A DNA stretch of 34,317 bases from Nitrospinae bacterium RIFCSPLOWO2_12_FULL_45_22 (GTDB lineage Bacteria; 2-12-FULL-45-22). Positions within the stretch are counted from its first letter, which is position 1. Each line of letters begins with the position of its first letter. The notes below the pieces were generated by a model, which saw only the letters and a list, made by a program, of their open reading frames with translations, did not search any database and had not been told where the DNA came from. Both the position numbers and the translations under genes were made by a program. Shown here one piece after another: positions 17,018 to 27,206 of this stretch. The DNA lies in NCBI GenBank assembly GCA_001803565.1, contig MHDQ01000031.1, positions 1 through 34,317 on the forward strand, written 5' to 3'.

Positions 17018-18559
17018 TTAATGGGTGAACAGTTGCTCTCTTAACTCCTTTTTGGCCACCCTCTCCACAGCCGTTATTAATCCCATGAGAGACCAGACGT
17101 AGGGAAAATAGAATGCGGAGGAGAATAAAAAAGCGATAAGAACACCTACAAAGCCCAAAACCAACCCATAAAGTAAAGCGAACCACAATGCGTCCTCCAT
17201 CCTTCTCAGCATAGCAAGGGGACCTTTCAGGTGGAAGAACAGGAGAGACAGAAAAGAGGCCAGACCCAGGATTCCCGTTTCACCCAAGGTTTCCAGATAG
17301 ATATTGTTAACTACCTGGGGCATATGAGCCCCCTGTATCCAGGGGGGCATATTGGCCTCAGTGAACAATTCAGGTGAATTATAGAAGTAATTCATAAAAT
17401 AATTACCTACCCCTACTCCCAGGAAGGGATGTTTAAAGAACATGATCAAGGCTGCTCCCCACGAGACGAGCCTTTGAAAATTGGAGAAGTCATGCGGATT
17501 AAATATGGTGACAAACTGGTTCTTGAATACCCGGGTCAAGGTGGGAAAGGAAAGCAGATTCAACAGCACATGCAATAAGAAGAAAAGAAAAGAGACACCG
17601 ATGACCGCCGATACAAAGCTTTTCACTCCCGCCTGTCCGGAGAGAGAAGGCCTCCTACTTCTCTGCAATAGCCAGGCTAGACCAAATATTCCCGGCAGGG
17701 AAATTATCACTGTCCGGGAAAAGGTTACTATTATTCCTAGAGTGGTGATAGCAAACGAGGCGTTGAACCATCCTGGCCTGACAAAATACTTTCTATACAC
17801 AATGAGCACCAGACTAAGAGGAAGGATACTTAATAGGTAGGTAGCAAAAGGGGAGGGTTCAGTAAAAACCGATGTCCCTCTCATCAGATGCTTGAAATGG
17901 GTAAGATGTCCAGGAAATCTGGCATTCAACACATTGGATTCCACGGCATAGGGCAGAAAAAAATAACTTCCCACAAACTGATATATGGCAAAGGCAGCAG
18001 CTAAAGTAGCACTGAGCATCCACACGCCAATGGCTCTCTCTATATCCTTCCGCTCCCTCAACAGATTGACGGTTACATAATATGCCAGTATTCCCACCAA
18101 CATCCAGACCATCTGGGTAATGCTCTTATAAAAGGGTATGTTCCTGCCAAATGTAGTATATTTGGTGTAGTCAAGGGGGATATGATAAGACTGGAAAGTG
18201 GAGAGGACATTTATCAGCATAAAGATGAGTAAGGGAATATCGATTGGCGTGGTCACTAGTGCTGCATCTCTACTCTTAATTACTCCTGCCCGCAACACCA
18301 AGGTTATAATTAATATCAGAGTTAGAGCCTGGCTAGGCTGTACCGAAAACCTTACTACTTCCACCACCCCTAAACGGGTGAAGGGCAAAAAGAATATCAG
18401 CAAGAGAAAGACGAAATGAGGTTGGCAAAGCGAGAGGAGAAATACAGAAATTATGAAGACAGCCACCAGAAAATACAACCACTCTTCTGAAGCTATCGAG
18501 GCCCCTATCAGGCAACCAACTGGTATCGTTACCAGAAATTGATACCTGCTTACACCCAT
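17018..18559 (-). CDS. O-antigen ligase / Wzy polymerase family protein (Wzy_C domain)
   Basis: 'RGTSVFTEPSPFA', 'TFSRT', 'SNFQRLVSW..A..MFFKHPFLGVGVGNY', 'NNIYLETLGETGILGL'; more than 10 TM segments. Confidence 0.9.
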   Translation of the reverse strand: MGVSRYQFLVTIPVGCLIGASIASEEWLYFLVAVFIISVFLLSLCQPHFVFLLLIFFLPFTRLGVVEVVRFSVQPSQALTLILIITLVLRAGVIKSRDAALVTTPIDIPLLIFMLINVLSTFQSYHIPLDYTKYTTFGRNIPFYKSITQMVWMLVGILAYYVTVNLLRERKDIERAIGVWMLSATLAAAFAIYQFVGSYFFLPYAVESNVLNARFPGHLTHFKHLMRGTSVFTEPSPFATYLLSILPLSLVLIVYRKYFVRPGWFNASFAITTLGIIVTFSRTVIISLPGIFGLAWLLQRSRRPSLSGQAGVKSFVSAVIGVSFLFFLLHVLLNLLSFPTLTRVFKNQFVTIFNPHDFSNFQRLVSWGAALIMFFKHPFLGVGVGNYFMNYFYNSPELFTEANMPPWIQGAHMPQVVNNIYLETLGETGILGLASFLSLLFFHLKGPLAMLRRMEDALWFALLYGLVLGFVGVLIAFLFSSAFYFPYVWSLMGLITAVERVAKKELREQLFTH

Positions 18560-18594
18560 TCCTTCAGTTTCTTTTTCGGTTCCAGTTAATATAT

Positions 18595-19530
18595 CTACTC
18601 CAATTTTGCTATCCCTCTCAGGGCCATTCGTTTACTCAGGATGAAGAATAAGGGGCCGCCGATGAGCACATGGGGAAAAACCATAGTCACTATCCGGTAG
18701 AGGATAATAACCTTTAAGACCAGGAAAGGGGCAACCCCTGCCTTAATAAGCAGCCCTCCCATACTAATATCCCCCAGGCCCAATCCCCCTGGAATGCCGG
18801 ATAAGCGACCCACAATAAAACTGATCCAGAAGATGGTAAAGCTGGAGAAATACGTCAGAGACATGGAAAAGGCCTTACCGGAATATTGAAGCAATAGCGG
18901 CTGCAACAGGATGTTAATAACTACAGGCACAGAGCTCAGCAAAAACAATCTCATATTAGATATATACTGAACGATCTGATTGCTTATCTCCTCCATTTTT
19001 TCCTGTTGCAGTTCGAACTTGGCCATTATCCGGTCAATTTTCCCAGGGAAGAATTTCCTCTGCTGCAAGATCCAGTTGATTAGTTCCCGGTGATAGACAA
19101 GTCCCAGCATAATAACCAGGAGAAATGTTCCTACGATAGTTACCTTGGGGATCAAGCTATCTAAAAGCTGATTCTCGGCTACCAGCAACAGTATGAGGCT
19201 AACCAGGACAATCTGCCAAGAAGTATCAATGACTAACTCGAATACGGTGGCCAGAAGAGATTTCCAGGAGGATACTCCGGCAAACATCTCGCTTGCTATG
19301 GGTCGGATCGCTACATTGCCTGCCCGCAGGGGAGTAATATAGTTAGCAAACTGGGCTGTGCAAATAACCCAGAAAGAATTTAATAAAGATATCCTTTCCT
19401 TCAGGTATCCTAAGAATATCTTGTAACGCCAACCCATCAACCATACCGATAGGAGATTAATTGCCACGGCGATAATTATATAACTCCCTTCCCTCAAGCC
19501 GTTGAGCGTCAGGAGCCAATCCGCTATCAC
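18595..19530 (-). CDS. Lysylphosphatidylglycerol-synthase TM-domain (UPF0104, flippase-like) protein
   Basis: 'GWRY', 'FANYITPLRAG', 'PGGLGLGD', 'LYRIVT'; hydrophobic 311 aa with no aminoacyltransferase domain. Confidence 0.85.
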   Translation of the reverse strand: MIADWLLTLNGLREGSYIIIAVAINLLSVWLMGWRYKIFLGYLKERISLLNSFWVICTAQFANYITPLRAGNVAIRPIASEMFAGVSSWKSLLATVFELVIDTSWQIVLVSLILLLVAENQLLDSLIPKVTIVGTFLLVIMLGLVYHRELINWILQQRKFFPGKIDRIMAKFELQQEKMEEISNQIVQYISNMRLFLLSSVPVVINILLQPLLLQYSGKAFSMSLTYFSSFTIFWISFIVGRLSGIPGGLGLGDISMGGLLIKAGVAPFLVLKVIILYRIVTMVFPHVLIGGPLFFILSKRMALRGIAKLE

Positions 19531-19555
19531 TGTCTCTTTCCCTTAATTATCCTTA

Positions 19556-21442
19556 TTAATCCCCATCAAGGTATTCCCGGCACCACAAGTCAAAGACTAA
19601 TAACATCCAAAGCACCTGATTATGATTTCTCTGGAGATAGCGATGTTCCTCTATCATTTTCTGGATGCCTTTGTAGTTAAAGAGGCCTCGTTCCTTTACG
19701 CGTATTTCGGTGAGAGTATCATGCAGCAGCTCTAATAATTCATTGGTAATCCAATTCTTCATGGGGCAGGAAAACCCTTGCTTCGGTCTATTTATAATCT
19801 CCTGGGGCAATAAATCAGCTACCGCTTTTTTCAATATATACTTACCTTCCCATCTCCTTAACTTCAAATCGGAAGGAATGGAAGCTATGAATTCTACCAG
19901 TTCATGATCCAGGAAAGGAACTCTCACCTCCAGGGAATGAGCCATACTCATCGTATCTACCTTGGCTAACTGTATCCCGTTTAAAGTAGTCATAATATCT
20001 ACATAGAGTTCCCTGTCCAGCCAGTCACCATCTGCTTCCTCAAAGTAAGGAGCGATATCCTGGAAATAGTCACTTCCAGCCAGTTCTCCCTTAAAATAAT
20101 CGGAATAAAGAGCCTCCCGGTCCTCATCGGTTAAAAAAGTTATCCAGCGAAAGTGACCCATCCGGGGAGAGAAACCGTATCCCTCCACGAACTTTTTGAT
20201 TACATTCACCAACCCCCTTTTCCGGGGGCGGGAGGGAAAAAAACTGATCAAGGTACCGCCCAACTGCCGCAGAGGCATGGGAACTTTCTGGTAAAACCTA
20301 TCGATATACTGAGCAAGATACATATCATAACCGGCCAGAAGTTCATCGGCGCCGTCTCCCGAGAGAGCAACGGTAACCGACTCCCGGGCTAATTTCGATA
20401 CCAGGTAAGTAGGGATAGCCGAAGATTCACCCATAGGCTCATCCATGCTGGATATAACCTCTTTCGCTAAATCAACGATATCAGGTTGAACGATCAACCA
20501 ATGATGATCCACACCTAACTGTCTCGATACTAATTGCGAGAATTCCAATTCGCTAAAGGACTTATCCTGGAACCCTATGGAGAAAGTCTTGGTCGGCCTC
20601 CTGACCAATTGGCTCATAAGGGCAACGATAGTGCTGGAGTCAAGCCCCCCGCTCAAGAAGGCGCCTAAAGGGACATCGCTTATCAACCGTCTCCGGACTG
20701 ATTCTTCTAGTCTATGCCGCAGTTCCTCGACATAATATTCCTCTTTTCGCCGGGTAGAGGAATCGAAGCTGAGACGCCAATATCTCTCAACAGATACCTT
20801 TCCTCCCTCTTCTATTGTTAGTAGATGCCCCGGCAACACCTTCTTTATGCTTTTAAACATCGTCCGGGGCCCTGGAAAATACGTAAAGCGAAAGAACCCG
20901 TCCAGGGCCAAGAAATCGAGCTGGCGTTCTATAAATTTATTCTGCAACAGGGATCTCAACTCTGAGCTGAAGACAAATTCATCCTTACCGATGAAATAAT
21001 AGAGGGGTTTAATACCCAGTCTATCCCGGGCTAAGAGGATCCTCTTTCTCGGTTTATCCCAGATGGCAAAGGAGAACATGCCGTTTAATTTATTAACACA
21101 CTCGTCTCCGTAATCCTCATAGAGATGAATGATTACCTCAGTATCGCTCCGGGTAACCAGGCAGTGGCCATTCTCAATTAGCATCTCCCGCAATTCTTTA
21201 TAATTGTATATCTGGCCATTGAAGACAATCCAGACGGTCTGATACTCGTTAGCCATGGGCTGGTGTCCCCCTCCAAGATCGATGATGCTCAGGCGCCGAT
21301 GCCCCAGGCCAACATTATCTTCTATTAGCAGACCCTCTCCATCCGGACCGCGGTGGGCAAGTGCCTTGGTCATTAGTATAATCAACTCCTCTTCTACCGG
21401 ATACTCGGAGTTGAAATTAAATATCCCACAGATGCCGCACAT
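19556..21442 (-). CDS. asnB: Asparagine synthase (glutamine-hydrolysing)-family amidotransferase
   Basis: N-terminal 'MCGICG', 'HRGPD', 'HRRLSIID', 'SDTEV', 'RDRLGIKPLYY', PP-loop 'LSGGLDS', 'SGDGADE', 'EVRVPFLD', 'KQGF'. Context suggests glycan amidation rather than Asn synthesis. Confidence 0.95.
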   Translation of the reverse strand: MCGICGIFNFNSEYPVEEELIILMTKALAHRGPDGEGLLIEDNVGLGHRRLSIIDLGGGHQPMANEYQTVWIVFNGQIYNYKELREMLIENGHCLVTRSDTEVIIHLYEDYGDECVNKLNGMFSFAIWDKPRKRILLARDRLGIKPLYYFIGKDEFVFSSELRSLLQNKFIERQLDFLALDGFFRFTYFPGPRTMFKSIKKVLPGHLLTIEEGGKVSVERYWRLSFDSSTRRKEEYYVEELRHRLEESVRRRLISDVPLGAFLSGGLDSSTIVALMSQLVRRPTKTFSIGFQDKSFSELEFSQLVSRQLGVDHHWLIVQPDIVDLAKEVISSMDEPMGESSAIPTYLVSKLARESVTVALSGDGADELLAGYDMYLAQYIDRFYQKVPMPLRQLGGTLISFFPSRPRKRGLVNVIKKFVEGYGFSPRMGHFRWITFLTDEDREALYSDYFKGELAGSDYFQDIAPYFEEADGDWLDRELYVDIMTTLNGIQLAKVDTMSMAHSLEVRVPFLDHELVEFIASIPSDLKLRRWEGKYILKKAVADLLPQEIINRPKQGFSCPMKNWITNELLELLHDTLTEIRVKERGLFNYKGIQKMIEEHRYLQRNHNQVLWMLLVFDLWCREYLDGD

Positions 21443-21470
21443 TGCTTAACCTATCCTTTTCAACTGTATC

Positions 21471-22586
21471 TCAGCTTATTCTCTCCATATACAGACAAGT
21501 CTCACAGATGGGCAGGAGATTATTCTCCAATAGGTGCTTTCTAAACTCTCTGTATTTCTGGTTATTCCATATCTCCTCGAAGGAAGAATTGAGAAGATTG
21601 CCAAAACTTTCCCTCACCGCATAGCAGTGAAAGACATCACCTCTCCAGTCAACCCGACTATTGAAAAGAGCCCGGCAGAAATATCGGCCCTCCTTACGCA
21701 GTCTACGGTGATAACAGGCAGACAATTCCTCCCTTAAAAAGCGAGGTAGATAATAGACTGCCACCCCCGCTCGGTCACCTTCCCTCTCCGCTGCTTTGAG
21801 AGACGACTCCAGCTCGGTAAAAGAATACCCTCGCTCTGCCTGCTCACTACAATTCAGAGAAAAGGCTTCCCGGGATAGACCGAGAATTCGTTCTGAGGAA
21901 AGGATATCCTCCTCCACATACTTCCTCTCGTATTCAAAGATGACATTATCAAAACCCAACTCGTTGGCTAAAGATACTATGCTCGCCAGATAGGGGAGAT
22001 TCTGCCTGGTTATCACACATACTATATAGACCATGAAATGCTGGCTCATAAGCTGAATCGCCTCTATAGTCCGATCATAGGCTATCCTTGACCTCCTTAT
22101 AGAATTATGCAGCTCTTTCGTTCCGTCCAGAGATACTCCTATAGCCTCTATGTTATTATTTTTCTTTAAATGTTCTATATTGGATCCATCGATCAGGGTT
22201 CCATTGGTAGTCAGATGGACCGAGACCTTCCTGACCCTTAACATATCCAGCAGATCAAAAATATCCTTCCGGAGGAATATTTCACCTCCTATCAGGGTTA
22301 CTTTTTTCAGAGAAGGCAGATTATCCAGTATGACCCTTATCTTGTCCACGGACAATTCCTGGGAGTTGGCCATCGATTCCTTTTTGAAGTAACACATTCG
22401 ACAGCTTAAATTGCATCTGGCCGTGGGTTCAAAGACAAAGGTTTTGGGCAAAGGCAATCGGAAATCCTTGGATAACCAGGCATATTTAACTCTATCCGAG
22501 AAGGTCCTCACCCTTATGTAATTACCGCGGAAAAGATTATACATCCCCATCCGGGACAGGAGTCGCAGGATAATTCTTCTTCTCAA
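21471..22586 (-). CDS. Radical SAM protein with C-terminal SPASM/twitch-type domain
   Basis: CxxxCxxC 'CNLSCRMC', 'GGE', 'TTNGT', 'SLDG', and C-terminal Cys set 'FCRALF..GDVFHC..GNL..IWN..CETC'. TTG start overlaps the upstream TGA. Confidence 0.92.
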   Translation of the reverse strand: MRRRIILRLLSRMGMYNLFRGNYIRVRTFSDRVKYAWLSKDFRLPLPKTFVFEPTARCNLSCRMCYFKKESMANSQELSVDKIRVILDNLPSLKKVTLIGGEIFLRKDIFDLLDMLRVRKVSVHLTTNGTLIDGSNIEHLKKNNNIEAIGVSLDGTKELHNSIRRSRIAYDRTIEAIQLMSQHFMVYIVCVITRQNLPYLASIVSLANELGFDNVIFEYERKYVEEDILSSERILGLSREAFSLNCSEQAERGYSFTELESSLKAAEREGDRAGVAVYYLPRFLREELSACYHRRLRKEGRYFCRALFNSRVDWRGDVFHCYAVRESFGNLLNSSFEEIWNNQKYREFRKHLLENNLLPICETCLYMERIS

Positions 22587-23620
22587 TTTGATTCCTCTTT
22601 AAGGGAGATAGTCCTCCCTTGCTGGCACGATTCATATATACCTAAGGCTATCTCTAACGCTTTCCTGCCTTCCTCTCCTTTGACAAGAGGTTCCCTATCC
22701 TGTTTCACCGCTTCCACCATATCGGCGAGTTGTTTCTCAATCGTGCCTCGGGGCCAGGGAAGAAAGGAGAAAAACCTTGATCGTAGTATTGAGATGAGTC
22801 TATCCCGATAAGAATTGCTACCCAGGTAGTAGCCAACTATTCGGTTATCGTCCACTATTACGGACCCTTTATCACCATGGATTTCTATCCTGTCCGGAAG
22901 GCGGGAGGGCACGCTCGTAGTTGCCTTCACTATCCCCATCGCCCCCGACCGAAATCCAATTATTCCCAGGGCCAGATCTTCTGTTTCTATCCGATGGGTC
23001 AAGGTAGCTACCTTGCCCTGCACAAAATCCACCGGTCCCATAATCCACTGAAGAACATCTATCAGATGAATGGCTTGAATCATCAACACTCCTCCACCAG
23101 CATGGGCTTGGCTTTTCCGCCACCCCCCTGAACTGTCATAGTAGCCTTGGGTTCGGGGCCATTTCAGAGATACGCTGCCTAGAATCAATCTTCCTAAATG
23201 ACCGCTATCCACTAACCTCTTAATCCTGACGATCGCCCCGTTAAAACGATACTGAGAGATTACTGTCAGCTTTACCCCATTTACGCTATAGGCATCGATT
23301 AGAGCGGTAGCTTTCTCCAGGGAGATATCTATAGGCTTCTCTACGATGATGTGCTTTTTGGCGCGAGCCGCTCTTATCCCCAAATCGGCGTGTAGATGAT
23401 TGACAGTTACGATGTCCACAATATCTATTTCCTCATCCTCCAGCATCCGGTCATAATCAGAATAGGCCGAGAGCCCAAACCTCCGGGCGAAGGAATCAGC
23501 TCTTTCCATGCTACGGCTGTAAACAGCACACAATCCAGCATCTCTGATCTTCCCGATGGCCTGAGCATGCTCAACAGCTATGTTTCCTGTTCCGGCCAGG
23601 GCAATACGAACCTTTTTCAT
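22583..23620 (-). CDS. Gfo/Idh/MocA-family NAD(P)-dependent oxidoreductase
   Basis: Rossmann 'GTGNIA', 'HIIVEKP', 'QYRF', 'GGGVLMIQAIHLID'; same family as the WlbA/WbpB sugar 3-dehydrogenases. Confidence 0.92.
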   Translation of the reverse strand: MKKVRIALAGTGNIAVEHAQAIGKIRDAGLCAVYSRSMERADSFARRFGLSAYSDYDRMLEDEEIDIVDIVTVNHLHADLGIRAARAKKHIIVEKPIDISLEKATALIDAYSVNGVKLTVISQYRFNGAIVRIKRLVDSGHLGRLILGSVSLKWPRTQGYYDSSGGWRKSQAHAGGGVLMIQAIHLIDVLQWIMGPVDFVQGKVATLTHRIETEDLALGIIGFRSGAMGIVKATTSVPSRLPDRIEIHGDKGSVIVDDNRIVGYYLGSNSYRDRLISILRSRFFSFLPWPRGTIEKQLADMVEAVKQDREPLVKGEEGRKALEIALGIYESCQQGRTISLKEESN

Positions 23621-23622
23621 CG

Positions 23623-24783
23623 CTAAGAATCCCCTTCCTCCTTTAACCTTTGATAAAGCTGCATTGTTTCCTCTACTAGCTTCTCCCGGTTGAACTGCCT
23701 GGCAGATTGAAAATTATTTCGAGAAATAGATTCCCTTAATGCTTTATCGCTCAGGAGACGGATCACTGAACTGGCTATAGCCTCACTGGACCGGGGGGCG
23801 ATTAGAAGGCCATTCTTTTCATCTTCAATCAGGTCTCTAAGTCCTCCCACATGGGTAGCAATGATGGGAAGACCGTAACTCATAGCCTCTATGACTGTTA
23901 CTCCCAGCCCTTCGATCAGGGAAGGCAATATAAATAAATCTACCTCCCGATACAAGGAATGTACTCTCTCCGGAGGCAGCATATTATAGAAAATAAAATT
24001 GTTTCTTAACTTTAACCGGTCACATTCATATAGCATTCTGTCCTGAATCTGACCCACAACGATAAACTTTATATTCTTATATTCCTGGATAATCTGAGGA
24101 GCCGCCTTGATTAGATAATAGATGCCCTTGCGCTGCAGGTTACGGCCCACCAACAATAAGCGGTAAGCACCATCTTCCCTTTCCCGGATAGGAGTTTTAT
24201 TCTCTGGAAAGTGCGGTATCGCTTTGTATATTTTGTGAATTTTCCTTGGGGGCAGCTTATATGCCTTGACAATCGCCTCTCCAGTTGCTTGGCTATTGGT
24301 AATCAAGGCATCATAGTAATGGAGCATCCACCTCTCGAAAGTTTTAGTAAAATGATTATAAAGATACCTTCTCCACCAATCGTTCCTGTACTCTTTAAAG
24401 AAATAGAAGGGATTAAAGCTACTAACAGCAAAATAATAATCGTTTACGCTTCCCACCGTGGGGATCGCTAATCTCTTCGCCCCTAGGGCCCCCTGCCGGG
24501 CATCAAGGCTATGGAAGATATCAAAGCCGTAACTCTCCTGCAGGTTAAGTATCCTTCTAAACAACCTCAGATTGAACGATGCCCAATGCGAGTGAGTAGG
24601 GTCCCATTTGAAGGGAGGGAGATAGATATACTCAAATCTTTCGACCTTAAACATTGGTTTCTCGTTGCAGACCAAGACAACTTCATATCCTCTCTCTATC
24701 AACCCCTCCACCAGATTATTGGTGTACAGGCCTATACCGCTAAAACGGCTAAAATACTGGTCGGAAACCAGACATATTCTCAT
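23623..24783 (-). CDS. Glycosyltransferase family 4
   Basis: 'SGIGLY', 'VGRNLQRKG', 'DLFILPSLIEGLGVTVIEAMSYGLPIIATHVGG'. Confidence 0.94.
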   Translation of the reverse strand: MRICLVSDQYFSRFSGIGLYTNNLVEGLIERGYEVVLVCNEKPMFKVERFEYIYLPPFKWDPTHSHWASFNLRLFRRILNLQESYGFDIFHSLDARQGALGAKRLAIPTVGSVNDYYFAVSSFNPFYFFKEYRNDWWRRYLYNHFTKTFERWMLHYYDALITNSQATGEAIVKAYKLPPRKIHKIYKAIPHFPENKTPIREREDGAYRLLLVGRNLQRKGIYYLIKAAPQIIQEYKNIKFIVVGQIQDRMLYECDRLKLRNNFIFYNMLPPERVHSLYREVDLFILPSLIEGLGVTVIEAMSYGLPIIATHVGGLRDLIEDEKNGLLIAPRSSEAIASSVIRLLSDKALRESISRNNFQSARQFNREKLVEETMQLYQRLKEEGDS

Positions 24784-26453
24784 TAAACCGCATCACCTTC
24801 ATCGAGGCGCTTTAAGATGTATATTGGCTGATAATAGATATCAAGGATAGTCCCCTTATCTGGCCGAGTCTCGATAGCGGTCCGAAACCAGCCGAATCTA
24901 AATTCCTTGTTGAACACCTTTACCACCCGATAATTTTTCCGAAGATACTCCCGAAAATCCTCGTACTGCGGCCAGTTATTCACTCCCCAGGGCAGTTCAT
25001 GGAAAGTCAAATCTGTGGCTACAAAATAGGGAGGTTTTTCTTTTTTAAGAATATTCTTATCCCATTCGCAGATGATCAGGGGATATTTTTGAAGAAGAGA
25101 GCGGTCAGTAGGGCTATAATGGATATAGGGCGCCCACCAATAGGGCCTGGTTTCATATCCGATATTTGTCCCGGCAGGAATATTTTCCAGAATCCAATCA
25201 GAGGCATTATCTTGAACATCTTGTCCATAGAAGCGGCTATTGATAGACAGTGAAAATAGCAAATTATATACCAATAGAATCGCTACTGCGGCAATTCGAA
25301 GATAATTTAGATATTGTCTCTGCAGTCGAAATTTAATACTCTGTATTAAGAATACCGCTGCAGATAGGCAGAGAAATGGCAACAAGGGAACCAAACGGCT
25401 ATCAGTAACGTAATAGACTATCCTAACCGAAACCAGGTAAAATGGTATTACCCAGGTCAGGATTAAAATATCACTCTTATCCCTTCGCATTATTAGTAGA
25501 ACCAGTCCCATAGCAGAAACGATGGATAGAGGTAATCCTGCTGCATATCGTATCACCGTTATGGGTTTTATCCAATCGATGACCTGTGAAGAACTTTCAA
25601 ACCCAAGATGCGAGAGCAATGAAACTCCACTGACGAAATCCGGCCAGGAAAGAAAAATGTAAGGGCTTCCCATCACAAAAAGCAGGAGAATAGTTAGATA
25701 ACCTGCACATAGTCGTTTGGAGAAAAGTGATATTATAATATCTTTAGCTTTATACTTGCCATTCTCTCGCAACAAATGTGCCACAGTCAAAGGGATAAAT
25801 AATAGAAAGGCCGTGTACTTAGTTGACATACCCAAGCCTGCCGTAATGCCAGTCAGAAGATACCATATGATCTTTCTCGATCGTAAGATTCTTGTTGTGA
25901 AGTAGAAGGATAGCAGGATCCAAAAGGTCACTGGCACATTGACATGAAAGAAATGGGAATGGATTATGTGAGAGGGGATTACCGTCAGAAATAGACTCGC
26001 CACTATTCCTACCCTTCGACTATATAGATCCCGGCCAATTAAATACATAAACCATATTGTCATTACTCCCATTCCCACCGAGAATAACCTGCCTATTAAA
26101 AACAGCTTTGCATATTCATCGGGATGGTTGAGGGAAAAAAAGTGACCTCGCTCACTTGGAATCTTAACATAGTTAAGAAAAGAGGCTATTTGCATGCCAG
26201 CACCCACTAAGTAAAAATGAAAGGTTGGAATGGAAAGATTATGAGGATTTAAGTTAAGTTTCGATGGCTCCATCCGGGACATAATCGAAATCCAGTTGTT
26301 TTCATCTGGCATGTATGAATTTGAATGGTTCGCATTTGGTAGGCCCCACTGCACTCCTACAACTCGCAACCATAAAGCAAGACCAATAATAGCTACAATC
26401 AAAATCCCCGGCAAGGGTGAATATTTTTGTCTAATGTTGTTCGCATTAAGCAT
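24783..26453 (-). CDS. GT-C membrane glycosyltransferase (ArnT/PMT_2-like)
   Basis: 'LRVVGVQWGLP...PDE' acidic loop motif, 'GRLFS', 'STKYT', 'RLVPLLP', soluble C-terminal domain. Confidence 0.88.
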   Translation of the reverse strand: MLNANNIRQKYSPLPGILIVAIIGLALWLRVVGVQWGLPNANHSNSYMPDENNWISIMSRMEPSKLNLNPHNLSIPTFHFYLVGAGMQIASFLNYVKIPSERGHFFSLNHPDEYAKLFLIGRLFSVGMGVMTIWFMYLIGRDLYSRRVGIVASLFLTVIPSHIIHSHFFHVNVPVTFWILLSFYFTTRILRSRKIIWYLLTGITAGLGMSTKYTAFLLFIPLTVAHLLRENGKYKAKDIIISLFSKRLCAGYLTILLLFVMGSPYIFLSWPDFVSGVSLLSHLGFESSSQVIDWIKPITVIRYAAGLPLSIVSAMGLVLLIMRRDKSDILILTWVIPFYLVSVRIVYYVTDSRLVPLLPFLCLSAAVFLIQSIKFRLQRQYLNYLRIAAVAILLVYNLLFSLSINSRFYGQDVQDNASDWILENIPAGTNIGYETRPYWWAPYIHYSPTDRSLLQKYPLIICEWDKNILKKEKPPYFVATDLTFHELPWGVNNWPQYEDFREYLRKNYRVVKVFNKEFRFGWFRTAIETRPDKGTILDIYYQPIYILKRLDEGDAV

Positions 26454-26483
26454 AATATTGTCCTATAGGGAGATTGCCTATTG

Positions 26484-27206
26484 CTACTTGTTTATCTCTT
26501 TTTTCTCACAAATTAATAGCAACGACATTCCTATAAATGGACTAAACAACCTATCTGACAAAAGCAAAAGGGAAGAAAATTTATTAAAAAATTCCAATAG
26601 GCAGTCTGACAAAATTTCGCGTCTGAGAATTTTCCCATTTACAAACCAGCCGAATATACCAAAGAAGTTACAAAATAACCGCCTTTTGACTGTGAAACCC
26701 GCCGTTTCTATCTTATGCTTCAATTCGCGACAATGGTATCTTCGCCAGTGTCCAACGGATTGATCCAAGGTTCCATATAGCCAATGTAAAGCAGGAACTA
26801 ACAATATCAACCTGCCTGGATTATTTAGCAGAGCATACATGTTCTTCAGTGCCTTTGTATCGTCCTCGATATGTTCTAATACATTGAGACATACTATAGT
26901 ATCAAAGCCGAAGCTAGTTAAATAATTTATGTCATCTTTAGCTATATCTAACCTGATGGCTTTAAAGTTTCTATTATCGGTGAATTTTGACTCTACCTCC
27001 TTTATATAATCTTCTACAATATCAACTGACACCAGTAATTCAGAAGAATCAATTAGGAATGAAGTATAGATACCAATCCCACAGCCTATCTCTAACACCC
27101 TAGATCCAATATCGTCCTTAATCTTATCCCAAAACCACTGATTATGTATGGTAAGCTTATCCAATTTCCTTAAAGTCTCTTGCCCTATCCTTAACGCTTT
27201 ATCCAC
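26484..27206 (-). CDS. Class I SAM-dependent methyltransferase
   Basis: Motif I 'VLEIGCGIG', 'FDTIVCLNVLEHIEDD', 'PGRLILLVPA', 'GHWRRY'. Confidence 0.93.
   Translation of the reverse strand: MDKALRIGQETLRKLDKLTIHNQWFWDKIKDDIGSRVLEIGCGIGIYTSFLIDSSELLVSVDIVEDYIKEVESKFTDNRNFKAIRLDIAKDDINYLTSFGFDTIVCLNVLEHIEDDTKALKNMYALLNNPGRLILLVPALHWLYGTLDQSVGHWRRYHCRELKHKIETAGFTVKRRLFCNFFGIFGWFVNGKILRREILSDCLLEFFNKFSSLLLLSDRLFSPFIGMSLLLICEKKEINK

Noticed and set aside
19556-21442. Housekeeping asparagine biosynthesis role for asnB
   Set aside because: The gene is embedded in a glycan operon, where AsnB homologues typically amidate sugars; the symbol is kept only as a family label.
16909-22586. RiPP system (SPASM rSAM, nitroreductase-like dehydrogenases, AsnB-like lasso cyclase, small ORFs)
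   Set aside because: No RRE, YcaO, peptidase or convincing precursor; AsnB has an intact glutaminase domain; the 29-aa ORF at 5667-5756 is a GxxExxY fragment.
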